A stretch of 59,814 bases of DNA from Candidatus Altiarchaeota archaeon (GCA_043804895.1 JAZDIN010000003.1:1-59814), one strand, 5' to 3'. Counted from the first letter of the stretch, positions 16,922-28,124 are shown. Notes: generated from the letters alone by a model not told the origin. A program made the numbers and translations.

Positions 16922-19900
16922 CTCTCCCCCTAGTCTCATCCCACACTGGTATTATCTTCGTCAGGTTGTACTCCCTCAGCATCAGCTCCTCGCCTGTTAT
17001 GAGCTTTTCAGCTTTCACCTTTTTGACAGCAACCAGTAGTTCGCCCAACTCCACTGTAAGGCCGTGTTTGTGCGCTAGTTTCTCAGCCTTCGCTTTTTCG
17101 GCATCAGTCAGCTTCACGCTCCTCAGGTGCTCTGTCATCTCCTGCAGCCTCTCGTACGCGTCCTCCGTCACTAAGAGCGGTGCGTATTCATTCAGAATGT
17201 CAGCCGAGTATAACGCCCTGGCGACCTCCTCAGTCGCTGCTGCGCCTTTCCTCTTCCTAAGCCACCGTCTTATCAAAAGAGCCAGGAGGAGCGGTATCAG
17301 AAGCGATGTCGATGCAACTGCCACGACAGCGGGCGTCGGCTTCGGCAGCGCAGCCCATATCGCAGTCGTCGGAGCGTACATCCTCCTCTTCGCGTCCACG
17401 GACCACAATCCTTCGACGCTGCTTTCAGCTTCCGCGCTCCCTTTCTCATCTGTCATCGATTTTATCTTCTCTCCGCCCGGCACGTTGTATGTGATGTAAG
17501 ACTGTAAGCCCATCCCGTTGCTGTCAACTACCTTGAATGTGAAGTTGCTCCCCACCACAGCGTACGCCGGCACGTCTACTATATACAGACTGTCCTGAGT
17601 CAAGGGCCTTAATACTCCGTCTATGAGGACGCACGGCGGACACGGTCCCCCGCAGTCGATGGCTTCCTCCCCGTCATCCATCGCTCCATTGTAGCATGAG
17701 TCGCACGGTGGGCACGGTCCCCCGCAGTCTACTTCGATTTCGCCTTCGTCCAGGACCCCGTTTATGCAAAGCACAGTGAACTCACCGGGTATTGTCGTGG
17801 TCGTTGCCAGGCCTATCAGTGGACAGCAGCAGTATCCTCTCTCAGGGTTTGTTGTGTAACAGTATACGTCCCCCCTGTCGTCGTGAATCCACCTCCACTC
17901 ACTCTCCTCGCTCCCGCATGTAATGTCTGAAGAGCATGCGGTTTCCTCGCTCAGGTAGTACTTCAGGCACACATCAGGGCAGGCTTCAGCAACTGCCGGT
18001 ATCGTAGTGGTGGTCTCGTTGGCGAGCGTCGTGGACGTCGAAGTTGTCGTAGTCACGGACCCGTTGATTACGCAGATGTCAGCTATCCCGTCCAAGTCGA
18101 AGTCAGCCTTCCCGCAGTCCCAACCTTCACCACTGCTCGTGAAGTCATTGCATATGAAGAAGAATCTTCTCGTGGAGGCGGCCTCATCCTCATCCTCATC
18201 CGCAGCCTCCCCGGAAAGGTAGTACACGCCGTTTGAAAGGCCTGCCGTGGACATTCTTCCATCGCAGGTTATCCTATTCCCTGATGATGCGCCCGGAACA
18301 GTGGAGGAGCTTATTTGGGAACCGGACGAGTCGGTGAGCTTGACGTTGCACCTCTCGAAATTCCCTGACAAAGCTGTTACGAACGACATGCTGTAGCCCG
18401 CCTCCTCACCTGTCCTGTAGAACGGCCGCTCGATTGTGTAGTCCGTCTCCTTTGGCATGGCGTTGACGTTCACCAGCCTTAGGCTGCTTGGGTCGCCGAC
18501 GTTTCCTGAATCGTCCTCAACAGACGCGCTCACCGGCAGGGTCTCATCATCCAAAACGCCGAAGAAGCGGAGTATGCACTCGCTGGAGGTCACATAGGTG
18601 AGGCCGCTTATGTTGAAGTAGCATTGGCTTACTCCTGTGACGTCCGGTGCCGGGACAGCCCTTATGTCGAAGAAGCTGTTGTATGGGAGGTTGACGTTGT
18701 CTCCGACGCTCGGCTCTATCTCAAGGTGGTCTACAAGCGGGTTGGACACTCCATATACTATGGAGGTTACCCTAGTCTCCCCCACCTCCGGCTCCCCGTT
18801 TTTTAGGTTAGTCACAGTCACAGGATAGCTCCTGTTCTGCGGGGAAGACGCGCCGTCGCAGGTCAAGGTCACATCAAAGCCCCTCAACGGTTTCCCAGGG
18901 CCTATGAACTGCGGCTTATGCTGTATCTGCCCCACATTCTGCCCCGACACCCACCTTAGCATCGGGTTCCCGTTTAGCGTGCAGGAGCTTACGTTGTACG
19001 GGAAGTAGGAGCTGTTATCTGTGGCGTCTCCGAGGGTGATTATGACAGCCTCATAGGTTGCGGAGCTTCTGAACCTTATCACATAGGAATTGTTTACGTG
19101 GAGGCGCTCAAGGTGGGCGTACTGTACCGTCGTTGGGTCTATGTACTTGAGCGGTGTCATATACGGCACCTCAACCGGGTTCACACCACCCCATGTTTTT
19201 GCACTGCATCCTCCGATACCCCAGCAGTCCGGGTCAGTGCAATCCACCACCGCATCCGCGTCGTTGTCCACGTTGTCAGTGCACAGCGAAGCACTCGACT
19301 CCTTGAGGGCGCATACGGCTTCGCCTGGTCCTATCCTGCCGTAGCAGTTGGGGTCAGCGCAGTCCATCTTCCCGTTCCCGTCGTTGTCTACTCCGTCGTC
19401 GCATGAGACTTCAACTTCCTCGCACTTCTGGCTTCCCATGCCGCCGAATTCTCCTATGCACGCCTGGTCGTTGCAGTCGACCTCACTCCCGCCTGTGACA
19501 TAATCGTAGTCATCATCTAACCCATTCAAGCAGCTGTCCCACCTGTAGCTTTCAAAATCCGGGCAAGGCCCGCAGAACCCGAACTTCTGGAAGCAGTCCT
19601 CGTCAGTGCAGTCAGTCCCCCCAGGCCATCCTTCGCCTGCGTCCGCGTCATCGTCTATGGTGTTGTCGCAGAGGTTGGTGTTGGTCGATGGGTCATATTC
19701 CCTGGCAGTGCACTCCTGGCTCGGATTGGCTGGGTTCACCATCCCAAAGCAGTCCGGGTCAGCGCAGTCGATGTTAGCCCCAGGCCCAAAGTATTGTTGT
19801 TTAGGGTTGTCCAGGTCGTTGTCCATGTTGTCGAAGCACTGTTCAGGCGCGGGTGTGCCGCCCGCAGTGTACGCTTCATTGTATGGGCAGACATATCCTC

Positions 19901-21599
19901 CGCCCCCCCTCACGTCCCTGCAGTCATAGTCCCTGCAGTCTATGCTGCCGTCATAGTCGTTGTCTTCCCCGTCCCCACACCATGTGGGGTCGTTGTTCTC
20001 ATACGCCGGACACGGCTGCGTCGCAGACCTGCCGCCCTTACCCCAACACTGCGTAGCATCCCAGCAATCCGTCCCGTCCTCGGCGTCGTTGTTGAATCCG
20101 TCAGAGCAGTGGCCCGGATAGTAGCCGCCGCATCCCTCGCAACCGTACTCGCACAAGTCGCGTGGGTTAAAGAAGTTGCCAGGCTTCCCGTTGCAGTTTA
20201 AGTCAGCGCAGTCAATCTTCCCGTCAACCTCATTGTCGAAGCAGTCATTGCACGTTTCCTCAGCACCGTACTCGCAGTACGCATTCTGCCTGCCACAGTT
20301 AAGGCCTCCTATCTCGCCGTCGCATCCGATGTCCCTGCAGTCTGTCAGGTAGTTGAGGTCGTTGTCCAACCCGTCCGAGCACGGCTTTTCTATGATAGGT
20401 GGCATATCCTCATTCTCCTCCCAGTTGGAGGGGGCGTTGGCGCTCACATAGAATGGTATCCCGTCGATGAGCAGGTCCTGGCCGTACTGTACCATGTAAA
20501 GGCTGAACGTGTTCCAGCCTGGAGTGACATCACCTGGAGTCAGGTACATGACAAAGTCGATATTGCCGTAGTATCCGTTCACATCCTCGACTGCGTAGCT
20601 CGTCTGCGTCGTAGTCTCCTTAGGCGGCTTATGCGAGCCTGGGGCTGCGTAACTCCCCTGGGTTGTGAAGCTGTTCAGCTTTGTAATAGCGAAGGAAATC
20701 GGCTTTCCGGTGTCGTACCTGCCTCCGTTGAACCTCACCTTCAACGTGCCTCCAGGCTTCACATACCTAGTGTAATAGTATGTGACTGGATGCCCCCCGA
20801 AATTCTTCGTCTCCCAACACAAGCCGTTCCTGCATGAGCCTGTGAACGGGTCACCTGCGAACTTGTGACTTGCGCAACTGTACGTTACCCCCTGACAGTA
20901 TATGTCGTTGCAGTCCACGTCGCCGTTGCCTTCCATACCGTCCAATCCGTCGTGGCATTCCCCCTCAACGTACATGCCCCTGCTCATAGCAACCGAGAAC
21001 GCGACGTCGCCAGTGTAATCGCAGTATAAGGTGTTGTTGAAGTACCTCTTCGGTATCCCGAGGAAACACCTTGAAGCAAGGTAAGCATCATCGTCTATAC
21101 TGTCAAACCTACTCCAAATGTTCCCATGAACGTATACGAGCCTGTTCAAAGGGCTGCCATAAGGAGACGCGCTTGAGAAAACCACCCTACCGCTCCTATC
21201 CCATAGGCTGCAGTTCTCCACCTGCCATGGTATATGCTTGTCCACAGGGTCTGACTGCTTCAGCGTGTACGACAACCTCTCAAACGTCCTGTTCCTGGAG
21301 GTGGAAAAAGTCTTCTCCACATTCATCCTCGTGAAATCAGAACGCCTCACCACGCACTGCAAGCGGCTCCCAGAGGAGGCAGTGAAATTCAGGAACGTCA
21401 AGTTGAAAGTGAACCTGTGCGTCCCAGGTAGGCCGCTCACCTCCGGCTCAAAGACGCCCTCAGGATATATTATCTTATTCCAGGCTCCGGAGGTTATATT
21501 CACACCCACGACAGTAACACCCTGGCCAGAGGCGCACCCAGCCTCGAAAGCCACCAATAAGAAAAATGCGAGGAATATGCGCATATATCTGCATAACAT
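16899..21599 (-). CDS. Giant type-I membrane surface protein with ten Cys/Asp-rich (putative Ca-binding) repeats and two CGGPCPPC modules
   Basis: 1566 aa. Signal peptide (alternative start M6 at 21584). Many N-x-S/T sequons. There are ten C-x-D-x-x-D-N-D-x-D-x(2-12)-D-C-x-D-x-x-C repeats. One is at aa 215-236 and nine are at aa 407-795 (about nt 19215-20381). Thr-rich linkers. Two C-x-N-G-x-x-D-x-G-E-x-x-[IV]-D-CGGPCPPC modules (nt 17631-17768). One TM helix (about nt 17271-17321). 123-aa cytoplasmic tail. Confidence 0.85.
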   Translation of the reverse strand: MLCRYMRIFLAFFLLVAFEAGCASGQGVTVVGVNITSGAWNKIIYPEGVFEPEVSGLPGTHRFTFNLTFLNFTASSGSRLQCVVRRSDFTRMNVEKTFSTSRNRTFERLSYTLKQSDPVDKHIPWQVENCSLWDRSGRVVFSSASPYGSPLNRLVYVHGNIWSRFDSIDDDAYLASRCFLGIPKRYFNNTLYCDYTGDVAFSVAMSRGMYVEGECHDGLDGMEGNGDVDCNDIYCQGVTYSCASHKFAGDPFTGSCRNGLCWETKNFGGHPVTYYYTRYVKPGGTLKVRFNGGRYDTGKPISFAITKLNSFTTQGSYAAPGSHKPPKETTTQTSYAVEDVNGYYGNIDFVMYLTPGDVTPGWNTFSLYMVQYGQDLLIDGIPFYVSANAPSNWEENEDMPPIIEKPCSDGLDNDLNYLTDCRDIGCDGEIGGLNCGRQNAYCEYGAEETCNDCFDNEVDGKIDCADLNCNGKPGNFFNPRDLCEYGCEGCGGYYPGHCSDGFNNDAEDGTDCWDATQCWGKGGRSATQPCPAYENNDPTWCGDGEDNDYDGSIDCRDYDCRDVRGGGGYVCPYNEAYTAGGTPAPEQCFDNMDNDLDNPKQQYFGPGANIDCADPDCFGMVNPANPSQECTAREYDPSTNTNLCDNTIDDDADAGEGWPGGTDCTDEDCFQKFGFCGPCPDFESYRWDSCLNGLDDDYDYVTGGSEVDCNDQACIGEFGGMGSQKCEEVEVSCDDGVDNDGNGKMDCADPNCYGRIGPGEAVCALKESSASLCTDNVDNDADAVVDCTDPDCWGIGGCSAKTWGGVNPVEVPYMTPLKYIDPTTVQYAHLERLHVNNSYVIRFRSSATYEAVIITLGDATDNSSYFPYNVSSCTLNGNPMLRWVSGQNVGQIQHKPQFIGPGKPLRGFDVTLTCDGASSPQNRSYPVTVTNLKNGEPEVGETRVTSIVYGVSNPLVDHLEIEPSVGDNVNLPYNSFFDIRAVPAPDVTGVSQCYFNISGLTYVTSSECILRFFGVLDDETLPVSASVEDDSGNVGDPSSLRLVNVNAMPKETDYTIERPFYRTGEEAGYSMSFVTALSGNFERCNVKLTDSSGSQISSSTVPGASSGNRITCDGRMSTAGLSNGVYYLSGEAADEDEDEAASTRRFFFICNDFTSSGEGWDCGKADFDLDGIADICVINGSVTTTTSTSTTLANETTTTIPAVAEACPDVCLKYYLSEETACSSDITCGSEESEWRWIHDDRGDVYCYTTNPERGYCCCPLIGLATTTTIPGEFTVLCINGVLDEGEIEVDCGGPCPPCDSCYNGAMDDGEEAIDCGGPCPPCVLIDGVLRPLTQDSLYIVDVPAYAVVGSNFTFKVVDSNGMGLQSYITYNVPGGEKIKSMTDEKGSAEAESSVEGLWSVDAKRRMYAPTTAIWAALPKPTPAVVAVASTSLLIPLLLALLIRRWLRKRKGAAATEEVARALYSADILNEYAPLLVTEDAYERLQEMTEHLRSVKLTDAEKAKAEKLAHKHGLTVELGELLVAVKKVKAEKLITGEELMLREYNLTKIIPVWDETRGRVTLSAQP

Positions 21600-21636
21600 C
21601 TTAATTGATTAAAAGAACGCGGATAAATACATAACC

Positions 21637-21729
21637 ATGAAAGAAGAAACAAAAGCCCTCCTCTTCTTGCTGATAACAGTAGCGATACTCTCCGCACTCA
21701 TGATAATCGCCTTCCTAAAGTCAGTATGA
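21637..21729 (+). CDS. Possible 30-aa single-TM micropeptide
   Basis: MKEETKALLFLLITVAILSALMIIAFLKSV*, read by hand. Below the track length cutoff. Could be chance. Confidence 0.25.
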   Translation: MKEETKALLFLLITVAILSALMIIAFLKSV

Positions 21730-21733
21730 AACC

Positions 21734-21814
21734 CTAACGGCCGCCGCTAATCCGCCGCTTATGCTTCTCCTTTCTCCTAGCGTCCCTGTAGCTTGTACTC
21801 CTCTGATGTGGCAT
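21734..21814 (-). CDS. Possible 26-aa highly basic peptide
   Basis: MPHQRSTSYRDARRKEKHKRRISGGR*. TTATTTAT TATA-like box about 27-34 nt upstream of the ATG on the minus strand. Ribosomal-protein-like composition but not recognised. Confidence 0.25.
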   Translation of the reverse strand: MPHQRSTSYRDARRKEKHKRRISGGR

Positions 21815-21888
21815 AGGATACATAAAGTAAGCAGCGAATAAATAACCTCCACAGCCTATCTTTTAAGTGCCTACACTCTGTAACTAAG

Positions 21889-23154
21889 GTGTTGGGGAAG
21901 AAGCGTCGTCCGAAGCTGGCGCGGGAGTTGGTGTCTGAGTTACTCTCCAAGCAGATAGGTCAGGATATTGTGGGAGACAGGGAACTCTCAGACCATATAT
22001 TATATACTAAGGCCTCCGGGGGGGTGGTTGCGAAGGCCTTTTCCACGTACCGTTTGCCTACTGTCGGTGAGGTGGATTCGCCTGAGGTTAGGTTCCTGCG
22101 GGAGCATGTGAGTGTGGCCGAGTACTCGCATCCGACGCCGCTTGATGGCAGGCAGCTTACGAGGCTCATAAGGGAACATGACGGCGGACTCGATGGGATA
22201 TTCTGCTTCCTCGAACCTGTCGATAGGGGGGTGTTGGACGCGGCGGCCCAGAAGGGGGTGAAATGGATTGCGTCCTCCGGGACAGGCCATGACAACAAGG
22301 ACAAGGAGTACGCTGCGAAGAAGGGGATACAGCTCACTAACGCTCCCGGGGCTCTCATGCACACGGTCTCTGAGGCAGCGGTTACTCACGCGCTCAACAT
22401 AGTGTTGAACATGCCAAAGTGGATTGATGAGACTTACCGTGGATGCCAGACCGGATGTTCGATGGAGCGCGGAAGACACGAGAAACTCCAAGGCAAGACT
22501 GTCACAGTAGTCGGCCTCGGACAGGTCGGATTCGAGATAGCAAGGAGAATGATACCGTTCCTACCTGACAAGGACGGGAGAGGCCGGTTACTTTACGTCG
22601 ATGCGCAGCCTGCCCTGAAATATGAGAAGGAGAAGGTGCTGCAAGAAATCTTGGACTCAACATACAAGGCGCTGAAGATAGCGCACCCGAAGGATGAGAT
22701 AAAAAGGCCGAAACCTGTCGAGGGCGTGAGTCTGCGGGAGGCGTTGAGGAGAGCTGATGTGATAATACTCGCTCCACCGTTGGTAAGGGATGGGAAATAC
22801 AAGACTGAAGGAATGGTTGGCAAAAAAGAGCTTTCTTTGGTGAAGGAGACGGCATATCTGGTCAACATCGCAAGGGGGCAGATTGTCGATGAGAGGGCGG
22901 TCGCTGACGCGCTCGCAACGGGGAAGATTGCAGGATACGCCACTGACGTCCTCGTCGACGAGTGGAAGCGGCCAGACCACTTGTATAAGGCGGCGAAGAA
23001 AGGTGGCACAGTAGTCTACGTGTCAGAGCATGTCGCAAGCAATGACAGGGAGACGAGGATGATGGCGATGACTGGGATAATGCTAAGGAATGCGATAGCA
23101 TGCATACGCGGGGAAGAGCCGCCGAATCCAATAAACGAGCTTGTTAAAAGGTAA
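21889..23154 (+). CDS. D-isomer-specific 2-hydroxyacid dehydrogenase family, NAD-binding
   Basis: VVGLGQVGFEIA (GxGxxG), NIARGQIVDE and SEHVAS catalytic-region motifs. GTG start as given by the track; the true start is uncertain. Confidence 0.75.
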   Translation: MLGKKRRPKLARELVSELLSKQIGQDIVGDRELSDHILYTKASGGVVAKAFSTYRLPTVGEVDSPEVRFLREHVSVAEYSHPTPLDGRQLTRLIREHDGGLDGIFCFLEPVDRGVLDAAAQKGVKWIASSGTGHDNKDKEYAAKKGIQLTNAPGALMHTVSEAAVTHALNIVLNMPKWIDETYRGCQTGCSMERGRHEKLQGKTVTVVGLGQVGFEIARRMIPFLPDKDGRGRLLYVDAQPALKYEKEKVLQEILDSTYKALKIAHPKDEIKRPKPVEGVSLREALRRADVIILAPPLVRDGKYKTEGMVGKKELSLVKETAYLVNIARGQIVDERAVADALATGKIAGYATDVLVDEWKRPDHLYKAAKKGGTVVYVSEHVASNDRETRMMAMTGIMLRNAIACIRGEEPPNPINELVKR

Positions 23155-23197
23155 CTGCCTTGTTTTTAGTCTCGGAGTCCTTTGTATATGACTTGCC

Positions 23198-25129
23198 ATG
23201 GAGTTCAAGCTCGTCACTGATTTAAGGCCTTCCGGCAGCCAGCCTGAGGCTATAGAAAAGCTAGTGGGTGGCCTTAGGAAGGGGCTCAGGCATCAGACTC
23301 TCCTTGGAGTCACAGGCAGCGGTAAGACGTTCACTATGGCGAACGTCGTCGCCCAGGTCCGGAGGCCTACGTTGGTGTTGGCTCATAACAAGACGTTGGC
23401 TGCGCAGCTTTACAGCGAATTCAAGGAACTATTCCCTGAGAACGCTGTCGAATACTTCGTCAGCTACTACGACTACTACCAGCCTGAGGCGTACCTTCCT
23501 GCGACTGACACTTACATCGCGAAGGACGCTGACGTGAACGCTGAGATAGAGAAACTTAAGCACAGGGCGACATCCAGCCTCCTTGACCGGAGGGACGTTC
23601 TTGTGGTCGCGACTGTGTCCGCGATATACGGCCTTGGGAGTCCTGAGGAATACAGAAAGAGTACGCTGTACCTCAAGGTCGGGGACAAAATACCCCGGGA
23701 TGGGCTGATCCGCCTGCTAGTCGACAACCACTACGAGCGAAGCGGGAGCGCAATAGTTGAAGGACAGTTCAGGGTACGCGGCAGCCAGGTTGACGTATTC
23801 CCCCCGTACAGCGAGAGGATATACAGGATTAAGGCTGAAAAGAATATTGAGGGGATTAGGGAGATTGATGCGGTAACGAACAAGGTCACCAGCGAGCTTG
23901 ATGACATACGCATCTACCCTGCAGTCCACTACATCCTCCCTGAGGATATGAAGAAGACCGCATTGGGTTCGATTAGAACTGAGATGAGGCAGCGGCTGAA
24001 AGAGCTTGAGAAGTCGGAGAAGATGCTCGAAGCTAACAGACTGAAGCAGAGGACTGAATACGACCTGGAGTTGATTGAGGAGTTGGGTTACTGTAAGGGG
24101 ATTGAGAACTACAGCCGACACCTTGAGGGGAGGAAGCCTGGCGCGCCGCCTCACACCCTCCTTGACTTCTACCCTGACAACTGGCTTTGCTTCATAGACG
24201 AGTCACACATGACGGTACCTCAGATCAGGGGCATGCACAACGGAGACCGAAGCAGGAAGGAGACCCTCGTCTCATACGGGTTCAGGCTACCCTCAGCCTT
24301 GGACAACAGGCCGCTCACTTACGGCGAGTTTGAGTCGCACCTCAATCAGGTAATCTACGTGTCAGCCACGCCGGCTGAATACGAGCGGAAGAAATCAAGC
24401 CAGATAGCAGAGCAGATAATAAGGCCTACGGGCCTCGTCGACCCTGAGGTTGAGGTGAGGCCGGCAGTGAACCAGGTCGAGGATTTCATAAGGGAGGCTG
24501 GGTTGAGGGTTAAGGCAGGCCAGCGCACCCTAGCGACTACTCTGACTAAGAGGATGAGTGAGGAATTGGCGGAATACCTTCACAAGAAGGACTTTAAGGT
24601 GAAGTACCTACACAGCGAGATTGAGACTCTAGAGCGGGTGGACCTCCTGCGGGAACTGAGGCTCGGGGACATAGACGTCCTAGTCGGCGTCAACCTCCTG
24701 AGGGAGGGACTCGACCTGCCGGAGGTTTCGTTGGTTGCTGTCTTTGACGCCGACAAGGAAGGGTTCCTGCGCTCTGAGACGAGCCTGATACAGACTATCG
24801 GCAGGTGCAGCAGGAACGTGGACGGGAAGGTTATCCTTTATGCTGATAATATGACTGGCAGCATCGAATCCGCAGTCCGGGAGACGAAGCGGCGGAGGAA
24901 CATGCAGCTTCAATACAACAGGGAACATGACATAACCCCGAAGACGATAATGAAGAAGGTGCACGACCGCATCGTGGAGAAAAAGACAGAGGACATAAAT
25001 GTGGAAGTCTACGAGAAGATGCCTTTGGACGAGATAAAACGGTTGATGAAGGAGGCTGCGGAAAGGATGGACTTCGAGCAGGCGATTAAGCTGAGGGACA
25101 TGCTCAGGGGGATGGAAGATGGCGGCTGA
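23198..25129 (+). CDS. uvrB: Excinuclease ABC subunit B
   Basis: 643 aa. GVTGSGKTF Walker A, helicase motifs, C-terminal UVR domain ([11 protein letters not shown]). Confidence 0.95.
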   Translation: MEFKLVTDLRPSGSQPEAIEKLVGGLRKGLRHQTLLGVTGSGKTFTMANVVAQVRRPTLVLAHNKTLAAQLYSEFKELFPENAVEYFVSYYDYYQPEAYLPATDTYIAKDADVNAEIEKLKHRATSSLLDRRDVLVVATVSAIYGLGSPEEYRKSTLYLKVGDKIPRDGLIRLLVDNHYERSGSAIVEGQFRVRGSQVDVFPPYSERIYRIKAEKNIEGIREIDAVTNKVTSELDDIRIYPAVHYILPEDMKKTALGSIRTEMRQRLKELEKSEKMLEANRLKQRTEYDLELIEELGYCKGIENYSRHLEGRKPGAPPHTLLDFYPDNWLCFIDESHMTVPQIRGMHNGDRSRKETLVSYGFRLPSALDNRPLTYGEFESHLNQVIYVSATPAEYERKKSSQIAEQIIRPTGLVDPEVEVRPAVNQVEDFIREAGLRVKAGQRTLATTLTKRMSEELAEYLHKKDFKVKYLHSEIETLERVDLLRELRLGDIDVLVGVNLLREGLDLPEVSLVAVFDADKEGFLRSETSLIQTIGRCSRNVDGKVILYADNMTGSIESAVRETKRRRNMQLQYNREHDITPKTIMKKVHDRIVEKKTEDINVEVYEKMPLDEIKRLMKEAAERMDFEQAIKLRDMLRGMEDGG

Positions 25130-27935
25130 GGAGATTTTCGTGAAGGGTGCGAGGGAGCACAACCTCAAGAACATCGACGTCAGAATACCCCGGGACAAGC
25201 TCGTAGTAATCACAGGACTCTCCGGGAGCGGGAAATCCTCGCTCGCATTCGACACACTATACGCAGAAGGGCAGAGAAGGTATGTCGAATCGTTGAGCGC
25301 TTATGCTAGACAGTTCCTCGGACTCATGGAGAAGCCTGACGTCGACTACATCGAAGGCCTCTCCCCTGCAGTGAGCATAGAGCAGAAGACGACGAGCAAG
25401 AATCCGAGAAGCACTGTCGGTACCGTGACTGAAGTATACGATTACGTGCGCCTGCTTTACGCGAGGATAGGCATCCCCCACTGCCCGAAGTGCGGGAAGA
25501 ACATCACCATACAGTCGAAGCACCAGATAACCGAGCAGATAATAAAGATGGGTGCCAAGAAGGCTCTGGTGATGTCGCCGGTAGTCCGCGACCGGAAGGG
25601 CGAGTACCACACCCAACTGAAGGAATTCTTCCAGGACGGATACACCGAAGCTGTGATAGACGGCAAAAGGGTCAGCATAGAAAACAACATAAGGCTCGGG
25701 AAATACTACAAGCATTCGATAAGCATCATAATAGACGAAGTCGACCTGAAGCCGGCCAACAGGCAGCGTATACTGGAAGACGTCGAGACTGCCCTCCAGC
25801 TTTCGAAAGGCCTCGTGGAGGTGGAATCATCAGGGAAGAAGACGATGTTCTCCCAGAGGCTCGGCTGCCCTGACTGCGGGATAAGCTTGGACGAGCTGCA
25901 GCCGAGGATGTTCAGCTTCAACAGCCCCCACGGCGCATGCCCGACATGCCAGGGTCTTGGAGTCAGGCTGGAACTGGACCCGGACCTGATAATGCCGGAC
26001 AAGGGGAAGACAGTCGACGGTGGCGCGGTCGCTGTTTGGGGGTCTGCCATAGACGCTTTCTACCGCCGTTCCTTCAAGATTGTCGCAGCCAACCTTGGAA
26101 TAGACGCCGAAAGGCCGCTTTCGGGGTGGAGCAAGGATGAGTTGAACGTGCTCCTCTTTGGCGCAGGGGATAAGCAGTTCCATTTCAAGCACATATCGCA
26201 TGACGGTGACGGGCGGTGGGAGTACAGGGGCACATGGGAGGGTGTAGTGCCTAACCTGACGAGGCGCCACCGCGAGACCAAGAGCGAAGGAATGAGGGAG
26301 TGGATACAAAGCTTCATGAGCACGATACCGTGCAACGAATGCAAGGGCAAGCGCCTGAAACCAGAGGTGCTGGCAGTAACAGTCGGCGGCAAGAACATAT
26401 CGGAACTGACTGAACTGTCCGTGAAAGACGCGATGAACTTCCTTAAAAAGATGAAGCTCAACGATCAGGAGAAACAAATCGGCAACCAGGTCCTCAAGGA
26501 GATAAACTCCAGGTTAACATTCATGCGCAACGTAGGCCTCGACTACCTCACACTCGACAGGCAGGCATCCACGCTCTCTGGGGGGGAAAGCCAGAGGATT
26601 AGGCTCGCCACACAGATAGGAAGCCAGCTGGTAGGAGTCATGTACATACTGGACGAGCCGTCCATCGGCCTCCACCAAAAGGACAACAAACGCCTCCTTG
26701 CAACCCTCAAAAGCCTCAGGGACCTCGGGAACACGGTCATCGTAGTCGAACACGACATGGAGATGATAAACTCAGCAGACCATATCATAGACCTCGGCCC
26801 CGGAGCCGGAGTCCAGGGCGGGCACCTCGTCGCAGAAGGAACCCCCAATGATGTGAGGAACAGCAGGAAGTCAGTCACAGGAAAGTACATGAGAGGAGAC
26901 CTGAAAATCAAGGTTCCCTCAGAGAGGCGGGCAGGCAACGGCATGGCACTCACACTATTCGGCGCGAAAGAACACAACCTCAAGGACGTAGACGCTAGAT
27001 TCCCTCTCGGGAAATTCATCTGCATATCCGGAGTATCAGGTTCTGGAAAAAGCACGCTCATAAACGAGACCCTCGCCAAAGCATTGACGAAGGCGCTGTA
27101 CAGCAGCAAGGAGAAGCCGGGCGCCTACAGGAAGATAGAAGGCCTAGTGAACATCGACAAGGTCGTCGTCATAGACCAATCTCCGATAGGCAGGACCCCG
27201 AGGAGCAACCCTGCCACATACACGGGGCTCTTCACGCCCATTAGGGAGCTTTACAGCCAGATTCACGAGTCGAGGGTGCGGGGGTACCAGCCGGGGAGGT
27301 TCAGCTTCAACGTGCCTGGAGGCAGGTGCGAGAAATGTCAGGGGGATGGGATACTCAAGATAGAGATGAACTTCCTCCCAGACATCTACATCCCCTGCAG
27401 CGAATGCGAAGGGAAAAGGTACACTCCGGAGACGCTTGAGATAAAATATAAGGGCCGGAGCATCGCAGACGTCCTGGACATGACAGTGGATGAGGCGCTA
27501 ATCTTCTTCGAGAAGATACCAAAGATACACCGTAAGCTGAAACTCCTCTCAGACGTCGGCCTCGGTTACATAAGGCTCGGCCAGCCCGCGACGACGCTCT
27601 CGGGCGGGGAGGCGCAGAGGGTGAAGCTCACGCTCGAGCTTTCGAAGACGAGCACAGGCAGGACGTTATACCTACTCGACGAGCCGACTACGGGATTGCA
27701 CAGCCACGACGTGAAGAAACTCCTGGAGGTGCTGAACCTCCTCGTCGACAAAGGGAACACAGTCGTTGTGATAGAACACAACCTCGACGTCCTAAAGACC
27801 GCAGACCACATCATAGACCTCGGCCCAGACGGTGGAGAAGACGGCGGATGGATAATAGCGGAGGGCACCCCTGAGGAGCTAACAAAAAACAAGAAAAGCT
27901 ACACAGGAGAATACCTGAAAAAGGTGCTTAACTGA
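25119..27935 (+). CDS. uvrA: Excinuclease ABC subunit A
   Basis: 938 aa. Two ABC modules ([23 protein letters not shown]; [10 protein letters not shown]), LSGGE signatures, zinc-finger Cys clusters. 11-nt overlap with uvrB. Confidence 0.95.
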   Translation: MAAEEIFVKGAREHNLKNIDVRIPRDKLVVITGLSGSGKSSLAFDTLYAEGQRRYVESLSAYARQFLGLMEKPDVDYIEGLSPAVSIEQKTTSKNPRSTVGTVTEVYDYVRLLYARIGIPHCPKCGKNITIQSKHQITEQIIKMGAKKALVMSPVVRDRKGEYHTQLKEFFQDGYTEAVIDGKRVSIENNIRLGKYYKHSISIIIDEVDLKPANRQRILEDVETALQLSKGLVEVESSGKKTMFSQRLGCPDCGISLDELQPRMFSFNSPHGACPTCQGLGVRLELDPDLIMPDKGKTVDGGAVAVWGSAIDAFYRRSFKIVAANLGIDAERPLSGWSKDELNVLLFGAGDKQFHFKHISHDGDGRWEYRGTWEGVVPNLTRRHRETKSEGMREWIQSFMSTIPCNECKGKRLKPEVLAVTVGGKNISELTELSVKDAMNFLKKMKLNDQEKQIGNQVLKEINSRLTFMRNVGLDYLTLDRQASTLSGGESQRIRLATQIGSQLVGVMYILDEPSIGLHQKDNKRLLATLKSLRDLGNTVIVVEHDMEMINSADHIIDLGPGAGVQGGHLVAEGTPNDVRNSRKSVTGKYMRGDLKIKVPSERRAGNGMALTLFGAKEHNLKDVDARFPLGKFICISGVSGSGKSTLINETLAKALTKALYSSKEKPGAYRKIEGLVNIDKVVVIDQSPIGRTPRSNPATYTGLFTPIRELYSQIHESRVRGYQPGRFSFNVPGGRCEKCQGDGILKIEMNFLPDIYIPCSECEGKRYTPETLEIKYKGRSIADVLDMTVDEALIFFEKIPKIHRKLKLLSDVGLGYIRLGQPATTLSGGEAQRVKLTLELSKTSTGRTLYLLDEPTTGLHSHDVKKLLEVLNLLVDKGNTVVVIEHNLDVLKTADHIIDLGPDGGEDGGWIIAEGTPEELTKNKKSYTGEYLKKVLN

Positions 27936-27968
27936 CTATACTTATAGCCCTATTGGCCAGATACTATT

Positions 27969-28124
27969 ATGGCAAAGGATTTTAACGTTGTCATCGAAGA
28001 GGGAGAAGACGGTTACCTGATATCCGAAGTCGTTGAACTCCCAGGATGCCACACACAAGCCAAATCACTGGACGAACTCATGAAGAGGACTAAATGTGCT
28101 ATCTCTTTATATCTGAAACCCTGA
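27969..28124 (+). CDS. Orphan HicB-like (UPF0150) antitoxin-family protein, 51 aa
   Basis: Hand-translated: MAKDFNVVIEEGEDGYLISEVVELPGCHTQAKSLDELMKRTKCAISLYLKP*. Contains the UPF0150 core (EDG-Y-I-EV-LPGC). No hicA adjacent. Confidence 0.6.
   Translation: MAKDFNVVIEEGEDGYLISEVVELPGCHTQAKSLDELMKRTKCAISLYLKP

Noticed and set aside
16966-20201. Multiple 60-180-aa plus-strand ORFs opposite the 1566-aa gene (16966-17499, 19794-20201 and others)
   Set aside because: They are nested antisense to a long ORF with clear domain structure. Their translations are low-complexity, with no motifs.
21848-21856. Fifth member of the hairpin family (CCACAGCC)
   Set aside because: Only the left half-site is present and no GGCTGTGG partner lies downstream. 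It is mentioned in the finding but not counted.
25257-27892. Minus-strand ORFs of up to 215 aa inside uvrA (e.g. 25830-26477, 26543-27109), and similar ones inside uvrB, uvrC, thrC and pepF
   Set aside because: The sense strand encodes unmistakable, full-length repair and housekeeping proteins. The antisense ORFs are a GC-content artefact.
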